Source: Geobacter metallireducens GS-15 (lineage in GTDB: Bacteria > Desulfobacterota > Desulfuromonadia > Geobacterales > Geobacteraceae). Taken from it: DNA of 32,000 nt. The translations under genes were made by a program, and so were the position numbers. The notes below the pieces were generated by a model. That model searched no databases. It saw only the letters and a list, made by a program, of their open reading frames with translations, and was not told the origin of the DNA. The DNA is taken from the NCBI RefSeq assembly GCF_000012925.1, contig NC_007517.1, positions 2,610,001 to 2,642,000 on the forward strand. The letters are read 5' to 3'. The number at the start of each line of letters is the position of its first letter. The first letter of the stretch is position 1. Shown here piece after piece: positions 25,354 to 32,000 of the stretch.

Positions 25354-25418
25354 GGACCAGGGACCGGGGACCGGGGACCAGTGAAATCCAACGACACTTT
25401 CCTGGTCCCTGGTTCCCC
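25354..25418. repeat. Heptamer array: four tandem GGACC(A/G)G units plus two inverted copies 20 nt away
   Basis: Plus strand 25354-25381 reads GGACCAG GGACCGG GGACCGG GGACCAG. Positions 25402-25418 read CTGGTCC CTGGTTCCCC, which is the inverted orientation. On the minus-strand RNA the arms can form a stem of about 16 bp with 2 mismatches and a 20-nt loop. The array lies in the 87-nt yicC-gmk spacer. Confidence 0.7.
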
Positions 25419-25429
25419 GCCCGTGGCCC

Positions 25430-26308
25430 CTATTCTATGTTCTGTACCTGTTCACGGATCTTTTCCAGTTCGGCCTTCAGTTCAACCACGATGGCGGCCA
25501 TGGCGGCGTCATTGGCCTTGGACCCGATGGTATTGACCTCGCGGTTCAGCTCCTGCATGAGGAAATCCAGCTTGCGCCCCACCGGCTCCGCAAGGGCAAG
25601 GGTCTCGTCGAACTGGATCAGGTGGCTCCGGAAACGGACCAACTCCTCGGTAACATCGCACCGGTCGGCCAGTAGCGCCACCTCCTGGGCGAGCCGCGCT
25701 TCGTCGAGGGTCGTATCGGCGAGAAGCTGCGCAAGCCGCTCCCGCAGCTTCTGGGCATAGTCAGCGACCACGGCGGGTGCACGCTCGGCCACCCGGTCAA
25801 TGAGCGTCGCAAGGGTCTGGCGGCGGTCCCTGAGATCGGCCAGGAGCGCTTCGCCTTCGCGCATCCTCATGGCCTCCATGGCCTCCACCGCGCCACGAAC
25901 CGCCTGGAGAAGCTCGCCCCGGAGGATATCCTCATCGGCCCCCTCCTCCCGGGCAGCCAGGACGTCCCGCTGGGAGAGGAGGAGCGGCAGGGTCACCGGA
26001 TCAGCCAGACCAAGTTCGGACCGCATCCGCTCGAACGCATCACGGTAGGCCCGTGCCAGGGGAAGGTTCACCAGCGGCTGATTCTGACCGCCAACTCCCT
26101 CCTCACGCTGCACGAAGACTTCGATCTTTCCCCGCTTCAGACGGTCCCCCACGGCCTTGCGCACGTCATTCTCGAAGGCCAGGAACGAGCGGGGCATCTT
26201 GACGAAGACCTCGCCGTAGCGGTGGTTCACCGACCGTATCTCGACGGTGGTCCGCCCTGTTTCCGTTTCGACCACGGCCTTGCCGTAGCCGGTCATACTC
26301 TTGATCAT
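25430..26308 (-). CDS. yicC: YicC-family protein (stress-induced; YicC-type endoribonuclease family)
   Basis: The N-terminus MIKSMTGYGKA matches E. coli YicC MIRSMTAYAR. The C-terminal motif KLDFLMQELNREVNTIGSKA is present. I use ATG 26308, 4 nt after the galE stop. Confidence 0.9.
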   Translation of the reverse strand: MIKSMTGYGKAVVETETGRTTVEIRSVNHRYGEVFVKMPRSFLAFENDVRKAVGDRLKRGKIEVFVQREEGVGGQNQPLVNLPLARAYRDAFERMRSELGLADPVTLPLLLSQRDVLAAREEGADEDILRGELLQAVRGAVEAMEAMRMREGEALLADLRDRRQTLATLIDRVAERAPAVVADYAQKLRERLAQLLADTTLDEARLAQEVALLADRCDVTEELVRFRSHLIQFDETLALAEPVGRKLDFLMQELNREVNTIGSKANDAAMAAIVVELKAELEKIREQVQNIE

Positions 26309-26312
26309 AGAA

Positions 26313-27293
26313 TCACCGTTTGTTGAGTTTAGCTTCCCATCGCCACGCATCGGCGACAATGGTTTCAAGATCGTCATAGTGCGGGGTCCAGCCGAGGACC
26401 GTCCTGGCCCGGTCCGCCTTTGCCACCAGCATGGCCGGATCGCCGGGACGCCGGGGAGCTTCCTCGGCCGGGAAATGGACTCCTGACACCCGGCGCACCA
26501 TCTCGATCACCTCACGGACGCTGGCCCCCTTGCCATAACCGACGTTGATCCGCGTCGTCTCCCCGCCCCTTTCCAGATACGCCAGGGCAGCCAGGTGGGC
26601 TGAGGCAAGATCCTCAATGTGGATGTAGTCGCGGATGCCGGTGCCGTCGGGGGTGGCGTAGTCGGTGCCGAAGATGGAGACCTTCTCCCGCATCCCCAGG
26701 GCGGCCTGGCTGGAGACCTTGATGAGGTGGGTCGCCTCCGGGGTCCGCTGTCCCATCCGGGCCTGGGGGTCTGCCCCCGCCACGTTGAAGTAGCGTAGCG
26801 CCACCGAGCGCATGCCATGGGCGGCACAGACGTCGCGGAGCATCCATTCACTCATGAGCTTCGACGTGCCATAGGGGTTGATGGGGACTGTGGGACTCTC
26901 TTCCGCAGCAATGCCGTTCTCGGGCATGCCGTACACCGCCGCGGTACTGGAGAAGATGAACCGCTCGACCCCATGCTTCACGCAGGCCGTGAGGAGATTG
27001 AGGGTATTGCGGGTATTATTGCTGTAATACTTGAGGGGATCGGTCACCGACTCGGGCGCCACGATGGAGGCTGCGAAATGGAGCACCGTCTTGAACCCGT
27101 GCTCTGCGAAGAGGGCATCAAGCCGGTCAGAATCAGCCAGCTCACCCACAACAAGCCGCTCGCCATGCACCAAGGCGTCGGCGAAGCCGGTGGAGAGATT
27201 GTCGTAGACAACCACGGTATAGCCGGCCTCGGAAAGCTGTCGGACCACATGGCTCCCGATGTACCCGGCACCGCCAGTAACGAGAACAGTCAT
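26313..27293 (-). CDS. galE: UDP-glucose 4-epimerase
   Basis: MTVLVTGGAGYIGSH Rossmann motif, SSTAAVYG, YGTSKLM (YxxxK) and LRYFNVAG. ATG 27293 has AGGAGA upstream. Confidence 0.9.
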   Translation of the reverse strand: MTVLVTGGAGYIGSHVVRQLSEAGYTVVVYDNLSTGFADALVHGERLVVGELADSDRLDALFAEHGFKTVLHFAASIVAPESVTDPLKYYSNNTRNTLNLLTACVKHGVERFIFSSTAAVYGMPENGIAAEESPTVPINPYGTSKLMSEWMLRDVCAAHGMRSVALRYFNVAGADPQARMGQRTPEATHLIKVSSQAALGMREKVSIFGTDYATPDGTGIRDYIHIEDLASAHLAALAYLERGGETTRINVGYGKGASVREVIEMVRRVSGVHFPAEEAPRRPGDPAMLVAKADRARTVLGWTPHYDDLETIVADAWRWEAKLNKR

Positions 27294-27312
27294 CCCTTCT
27301 CCTTTCCTGACC

Positions 27313-28323
27313 TCAGACATGGTAATACTCCCGATACCACTCAACAAACCGCCGTATCCCTTCCCCGATGGGAGTGGCCGGTTTGAAACCCACATCGTTC
27401 ATCAGATCGTCCACGTCGGCGTAGGTGGCCGGCACGTCCCCCGCCTGAATGGGGAGGAAGTTCTTCTCCGCCGGCTTGCCGATGCACTTCTCGATGGTCT
27501 CGATGAACGTCAAGAGCTCCACCGGGCTGTTGTTGCCGATGTTGTAGATCCGGTAGGGGGCGTAGCTGGTGCCCGGGTCGGGATGGTCGCCGCTCCAGGA
27601 TGGGTTGGGCTCGGCGGTCCGGTCCATGACCCGCATGACCCCCTCGACGATGTCGTCGATGTAGGTGAAGTCCCGCTGCATTTTGCCGTGGTTGTAGACG
27701 TCTATGGGACGCCCCTCAAGGATAGCCTTGGTAAAGAGGAAGAGCGCCATGTCGGGCCGCCCCCAGGGTCCGTAAACCGTGAAGAACCGCAATCCCGTAG
27801 TAGGAAGTCCGTAGAGGCTCGAATAGGTGTGGGCCATGAGTTCGTTGGCCTTCTTGGTGGCCGCGTAGAGGGAGACCGGATGGTCCACGTTGTGGTGGAC
27901 TGAAAAGGGCATGGCCGTGTTGGCCCCGTAGACGGAGCTGGACGAGGCGTAGACCAGATGCTTCACGCCGTGGTGGCGGCACCCTTCCAGGATGTTCATA
28001 AAGCCGACCAGATTGCTCTCCACGTAGGCGTGGGGATTCTTGAGGGAATAACGGACCCCGGCCTGGGCCGCTAGGTTCACCACCGCGTCGAAGCGCTCGC
28101 CGCTAAAGAGCTCTTCCAGGGCCGGTCGGTCAGCCAGGCTCGCCCGGATAAAACGGAACCCCTCCCGCCCCTCCAACTGGCGAAGCCGGTCCAGCTTCAG
28201 ATTTACATCGTAGTAGTCGTTGAGATTGTCGAGACCCACCACGCGGTCGCCCCGAGCGAGGAGTCTCTGGGAGAGGTGAAATCCGATGAAGCCGGCGGCG
28301 CCGGTGACGAGAACCGTGGACAT
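27313..28323 (-). CDS. NAD-dependent epimerase, UDP-glucuronate 4-epimerase-like
   Basis: [39 protein letters not shown] (YxxxK) and [16 protein letters not shown]. This pattern is typical of the Cap1J/WbnF-type UDP-GlcA 4-epimerases. Confidence 0.85.
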   Translation of the reverse strand: MSTVLVTGAAGFIGFHLSQRLLARGDRVVGLDNLNDYYDVNLKLDRLRQLEGREGFRFIRASLADRPALEELFSGERFDAVVNLAAQAGVRYSLKNPHAYVESNLVGFMNILEGCRHHGVKHLVYASSSSVYGANTAMPFSVHHNVDHPVSLYAATKKANELMAHTYSSLYGLPTTGLRFFTVYGPWGRPDMALFLFTKAILEGRPIDVYNHGKMQRDFTYIDDIVEGVMRVMDRTAEPNPSWSGDHPDPGTSYAPYRIYNIGNNSPVELLTFIETIEKCIGKPAEKNFLPIQAGDVPATYADVDDLMNDVGFKPATPIGEGIRRFVEWYREYYHV

Positions 28324-28377
28324 GGTGCGCTATCCTTCTGATTTATCGGGCTATTGAAGAGGAGGCAGTGTAACACA

Positions 28378-29445
28378 TCACCCGGCCGATGGAAAGGGGG
28401 GCGTCAGGAGCTTTTCGATGCCTGACATAAGAACATCCGCAGTGATGCTGGCGCGGCAGGGAGCATCCTTGTCGCACGACTTGCGCAGACAGGCCGTGCA
28501 GTCGAGTGGTGACTGGATGACCACATGCTGGTCGCCCAGGGGACCGTTGCGTCTCCCGTCAGTGGAGCGGTAGAAGGAAACCGTCGGAGTCCCCACTGCG
28601 GCGGCCATGTGAATCGGCCCGGTGTCCCCTCCGACCACCAGATCGACCTTTTTGAGTAGGGCGCAGAAACCCTTGAGACTCAATTTCGGCAAAACCCTCA
28701 CGCCTCGGCCGATGCCGGCGGCTATGGTTTCGGCAGCATTTTTCTCCTGTTCGTTTCCCCAGGAGAGGAGAATGGTTGAGTCCGGGTATCTGCCGAGGAC
28801 CTTTCTGCCCAGCCCGATCCACCCTTCCTCGTACCAGAGCTTGGTGGTCCAGGTGGTGCCGTTGTGGAAAAGGAAGGCAAGGCCGTCATCGAGGGTTGCC
28901 AGGAGCGCTTCGGCAGCGGCATCGTCCTCGGGAGAGGTGAAAATGTCGGGCCCGATGGTCATCCCCGTGTAGTCTCGACCCAGGGGGACACTGACTACCC
29001 GGAGGGAGCGGTGCGAAATGTGATGGTCCTGCCGGCGGAGGGGCACCTGGTTCGTGGTAAAGAGAAGATTGAGCGATTCCCTCACCCCTTCGCGGTCGAA
29101 GCCGTAGCGGCGCCGGGCACCGGAGAGCCACGTGATGATGCCGCTCTTGACGTTCCCCTGGAGGTCGAAAGCGATGTCGTAGTCGGCTTCGCGCAATTCC
29201 CGGCGGATGGCGGAGATTTCCCGGCGGGTCGTGTCGGACAGGGGATCGCGCCGCCATGCCTTGGTGCGGACAACATGGAGCCGGCGCAGCAACGGGTGCC
29301 CCTCCAGGATATCCCGGTTCCCTTCCTCCACCACCCAGTCGATCTCAATGCCGGACGATACCTGGTGGAGATAGTCGAGGACCGGCAGGGCGTGGATGAC
29401 GTCGCCGAGGGCGGAGACTTTGACGATGAGGACACGGAGCGGCAT
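28378..29445 (-). CDS. waaC: Glycosyltransferase family 9, LPS heptosyltransferase I-like
   Basis: MPLRVLIVKVSALGDVIHALPVL, IDWVVEEG, LPKLSLKG and GGDTGPIHMAAAVG run parallel to E. coli WaaC (MRVLIVKTSSMGDVLHTLP, FDWVVEEG, LPKMSLEG). I use ATG 29445. The track start at 29478 overlaps the upstream gene. Confidence 0.82.
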   Translation of the reverse strand: MPLRVLIVKVSALGDVIHALPVLDYLHQVSSGIEIDWVVEEGNRDILEGHPLLRRLHVVRTKAWRRDPLSDTTRREISAIRRELREADYDIAFDLQGNVKSGIITWLSGARRRYGFDREGVRESLNLLFTTNQVPLRRQDHHISHRSLRVVSVPLGRDYTGMTIGPDIFTSPEDDAAAEALLATLDDGLAFLFHNGTTWTTKLWYEEGWIGLGRKVLGRYPDSTILLSWGNEQEKNAAETIAAGIGRGVRVLPKLSLKGFCALLKKVDLVVGGDTGPIHMAAAVGTPTVSFYRSTDGRRNGPLGDQHVVIQSPLDCTACLRKSCDKDAPCRASITADVLMSGIEKLLTPPFPSAG

Positions 29446-29461
29446 GGGATTGAGTTCCGGG

Positions 29462-30676
29462 TTACGTGTTTTTACCATTGGCCAAGGCGTTAGTCACTTC
29501 AACCCCATTCTTTAGTACAAGCCGAATAATTGAGCAGATATCGACAATATCCTCTTCCGATACGGCTGTTCCCGTCGGCAGTGACAATACTCGCTCAGCA
29601 AGTCGTTCGGTCTCAGGAAGCAGCATGCCGGCATTCGGGAAATATGACCGGTACGGCTCCATACGATGGCAGCCGGGATAGAAATATCGCCGAGCCATGA
29701 TATTTTCGGCATGAAGCGCCTGCAGCAGCATGTCGCGGTGGATGCCCGCAGCCTGCTCATCTACCTCAAGGACCACATACTGGTAGTTGTAGCGATCAGC
29801 CCCCTCATAGGGGACGAGGCGAATGCCTTGCACATTGGCAAGGCCACTGGCATAAGCTGCATAGTTTCGGCGATTGATGGTAATGATTTCCTCCAAATGA
29901 TCGAGCGATGTGAGCCCCATTGCCGCCGAGATTTCAGACATCTTGCCGTTCGTCCCGATATAGACGACGTTATCGTAGCCCGCAAACCCGAAATTCTTCA
30001 TCAGTCTGATCCGTGCGGCCAGGTCATCGTCGTTGGTGGCAACCGCTCCCCCCTCGAAGGTATTGAAGAATTTCGTCGCGTGAAAGCTGAAGACCTCGGC
30101 ATCGCCGAAACTTCCTATCATGCGTCCGTTATGGGAGCAGCCGAACGCATGTGCCGCATCGAAGAGCAATCTCAGATTGCGCCTACCGGCGATCTCAGCC
30201 AACGCCTCGATCTTGCACGGCTTCCCCCACAGATGAACACCAATGATTCCTGTCGTGCGGGGGGTAATGAGCGACTCGACCCGACGCGGGTCGATGGAGT
30301 GTGTTTCTGGATCGATATCACAGAAAACGGGGGTAATCTGCTGCCACTGGAGTGAATGGGGAGTGGCGACAAACGTAAATGAAGGAACGATCACTTCCCC
30401 CGTCATCCCCAGGGCTCTGATGGTAATTTCCAGAGCCACCGTTGCATTGCACATGGCGATACAGTGTTTGACCCCCAGCAACGCCTCAAGCCGCCGCTCG
30501 AACTCCTGGACGCAGATGCCGTTATTGGTGAGCCAGCGCCGGTCAAGGATGCCGTTGACCCTTTCCAAAAACTCAGAGCGGTCTCCAATGTTGGGCCGGC
30601 CCACGTGGAGAGTATCCGAAAAGGCCGGAGAACCTCCCATAACAGCAAGCTCATCACAAGAAGTCTTCAGTTTCAT
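29462..30676 (-). CDS. DegT/DnrJ/EryC1/StrS-family PLP-dependent sugar aminotransferase
   Basis: CNATVALEI, PSFTFVAT, DAAHAFG and FSFHATK (PLP lysine). ATG 30676 overlaps the upstream stop as TAATG. The Arg/Cys-rich 74 aa N-terminal extension in the track is rejected. Confidence 0.9.
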   Translation of the reverse strand: MKLKTSCDELAVMGGSPAFSDTLHVGRPNIGDRSEFLERVNGILDRRWLTNNGICVQEFERRLEALLGVKHCIAMCNATVALEITIRALGMTGEVIVPSFTFVATPHSLQWQQITPVFCDIDPETHSIDPRRVESLITPRTTGIIGVHLWGKPCKIEALAEIAGRRNLRLLFDAAHAFGCSHNGRMIGSFGDAEVFSFHATKFFNTFEGGAVATNDDDLAARIRLMKNFGFAGYDNVVYIGTNGKMSEISAAMGLTSLDHLEEIITINRRNYAAYASGLANVQGIRLVPYEGADRYNYQYVVLEVDEQAAGIHRDMLLQALHAENIMARRYFYPGCHRMEPYRSYFPNAGMLLPETERLAERVLSLPTGTAVSEEDIVDICSIIRLVLKNGVEVTNALANGKNT

Positions 30677-31317
30677 TATTCGATCCTTTTTCTGATTTTT
30701 GCCGGCACACCGTACGCAAGCGCGTTGTCCGGAATATCGCCCACAACAACCGAACCGGCGCCTATGAACGAGCCTGCCCCGATACGAACCCTGTCTATAA
30801 TCGATGATCCTATGCCGATCCAGGCACCCTCGCCCACAGCCACGCGTCCTGCAAGGCGGACGCCGGGGCAGATGTGGGCACCGTCTTCGATTGTGCACTC
30901 ATGATCCACACTGGCTGAAGTGTTGATGATGACGTTCGCCCCGACGTGAACGCCAGGGTTGATGACAGCGCCAGCCGCAACAACCGTTCCCTCTCCGATC
31001 ACCACATCGCGGGCGACAACTGCAGAGGGGTGCACCGCCGTCACAAGCTCAAGTCCCTGTGCTCTGAGATATTCCGCCACCTTGAGCCGTGCAGGGCAAT
31101 TCCCGAAGGCAACGATCGCATGGCGTACCCCCTGCCCGCAGAGCATAGCGAGTGAGTCTCTGCCGCTGAAGACCGGGAGACCAAAGAACTCTTCCCCATT
31201 TCTCCCTTCGGTGACATCGTCCAGAAACCCAACAATATCATACTCGCCCCGCAGTCTGACAATATCCGCCACGACCATCGCATGACCCGAGGCTCCCCAG
31301 ACAACAAGCTTTTTCAC
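30676..31317 (-). CDS. NeuD/PglD-type hexapeptide-repeat sugar N/O-acetyltransferase
   Basis: KKLVVWGASGHAMVVADIV (NeuD-type N-terminal Rossmann-like domain), then a left-handed beta-helix with repeats (IGEGTVV, INPGVHVGANVII, IEDGAHICPGVRL, VGEGAWIGIGSSI). I prefer GTG 31317, with GGGGG upstream. ATG 31338 and GTG 31347 are alternatives. Confidence 0.85.
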   Translation of the reverse strand: MKKLVVWGASGHAMVVADIVRLRGEYDIVGFLDDVTEGRNGEEFFGLPVFSGRDSLAMLCGQGVRHAIVAFGNCPARLKVAEYLRAQGLELVTAVHPSAVVARDVVIGEGTVVAAGAVINPGVHVGANVIINTSASVDHECTIEDGAHICPGVRLAGRVAVGEGAWIGIGSSIIDRVRIGAGSFIGAGSVVVGDIPDNALAYGVPAKIRKRIE

Positions 31318-31352
31318 ATTGTTACCCCCAGGCCACATTCTACACACCTACG

Positions 31353-32000
31353 TCAGTAGCGAAATATATAGCGCTTCCAGAAGGGAGTTTTTAACAAACA
31401 ATAAAGCCAATCGGATTTTCGCTTGGTAAACAATGTATTCCAAGGTTTAGTCGAAGTTGCGTAATGGATAATAGCTGGGCTTTCAAAAGCTTCTAACAAC
31501 TCTTTTTCGCTGTAGATAGTGTCAAATCCAAGATTCTTTCTATATCCCTTAAACAGGTAATTAAACAAATTACCCTTTACTTTCAATTTCATTTTATGTC
31601 TGTCTTTAAACAAATTATACATATATGTGCAAAAGCAATAACGTAACGGGATATAATCAATTTTGTCTTTTAAGACTATATTCAATATATCCTGCTCTGG
31701 CTGAACAACAATAGAACTCATTCCCTGCAATGCAATCATAATATCGTCATATATATTATCTTCTCTCATTTTTTTGAGATTATAGACAAGAATCCCTGCT
31801 CCTATGCCGTTTTTAAGGATGGATTTAATTTCCGCGGGCATATTCATATTTTCATAATATTTATCAAGTTTTCCACACACCCTAACACCGGCAATATAAT
31901 TTTCTTCACTTAACATAAAGAAGACATCAGATATATCATCCTTGAATACAACATCAACGTCAGACCATATTATTTTGTCATACTGAGGAAATTCAAGCAT
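31353..32000 (-). CDS. Glycosyltransferase family 8 (LPS/glycan alpha-glycosyltransferase-like), 5' end probably beyond window
   Basis: DxD context IIWSDVDVVF, GILVYNL, EQDILN and IIHYATSTKPW are GT8 hallmarks. GT8 enzymes normally have ~80-100 aa before the DxD, so the ATG at 32000 is probably internal. The gene is strikingly AT-rich. Confidence 0.8.
   Translation of the reverse strand: MLEFPQYDKIIWSDVDVVFKDDISDVFFMLSEENYIAGVRVCGKLDKYYENMNMPAEIKSILKNGIGAGILVYNLKKMREDNIYDDIMIALQGMSSIVVQPEQDILNIVLKDKIDYIPLRYCFCTYMYNLFKDRHKMKLKVKGNLFNYLFKGYRKNLGFDTIYSEKELLEAFESPAIIHYATSTKPWNTLFTKRKSDWLYCLLKTPFWKRYIFRY

Noticed and set aside
25354-25418. Heptamer array considered as a mini-CRISPR or transposon inverted repeat
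   Set aside because: The units are only 7 nt with no spacers, there are no cas or transposase genes, and the whole element is under 70 nt. I kept it as an unexplained repeat or hairpin finding instead.
29462-30898. Over-extended N-termini in track ORFs (29462-30898, 26313-27395, 7158-8120, 16405-17217, 1284-2231, 25430-26377, 24443-24679, 28378-29478)
   Set aside because: The extensions overlap the preceding gene, are Arg/Cys/Trp/Pro-rich nonsense, and precede internal starts that have SD sequences and match canonical family N-termini.
1-32000. Looked for mobile elements, prophage, toxin-antitoxin, restriction-modification or other defence modules, and for tRNA, rRNA or riboswitches
   Set aside because: Every ORF of meaningful size is accounted for by signalling, housekeeping or glycan genes. 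Intergenic spacers are 133 nt or less and are explained by promoters, terminators or the heptamer array. There are no integrase, transposase or Cas signatures.

Overview
High-GC (about 60-65% by eye), almost fully coding chromosomal window. It looks like a Geobacter-type deltaproteobacterium (Desulfuromonadales), judged from a poly-cytochrome-c7 multihaem protein and the gene order. There are three blocks.

(1) 1-12.3 kb, all on the minus strand: a tightly packed 12-gene chemosensory-like operon. In transcription order it encodes PATAN/DUF4388-GAF, CheY, CheA, an ExeA-like AAA ATPase, an extended CheW, a stand-alone receiver, CheW, a large HEAT-repeat protein, CheR, CheB, a coiled-coil GAF protein and CheY. 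It has no MCP receptor gene. 18 nt downstream lies a multihaem c-type cytochrome built from tandem c7-type trihaem domains. This cytochrome gene is absent from the supplied ORF track because it runs off the left edge. This block is my best candidate for a poorly described system.

(2) 12.4-25.4 kb: housekeeping genes. These are rnc-radical SAM-era-der (minus), tmk-holB-PSP1/ricT-metG (plus), a DUF218 protein, rpmB, and yicC-gmk-rpoZ-rel-ridA (minus). The intergenic regions carry recognisable sigma70-like promoters, intrinsic-terminator-like hairpins and one odd heptamer repeat array.

(3) 26.3-32 kb, minus strand: envelope-glycan genes (galE, UDP-glucuronate 4-epimerase, a WaaC-like heptosyltransferase, a DegT aminotransferase, a NeuD-type acetyltransferase and a GT8 glycosyltransferase). 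G+C falls stepwise to roughly one third in the last gene, which suggests a horizontally acquired tip.

I found no rRNA, tRNA, CRISPR, transposase, integrase or obvious defence genes. All family assignments come from reading motifs by eye. No searches were run.
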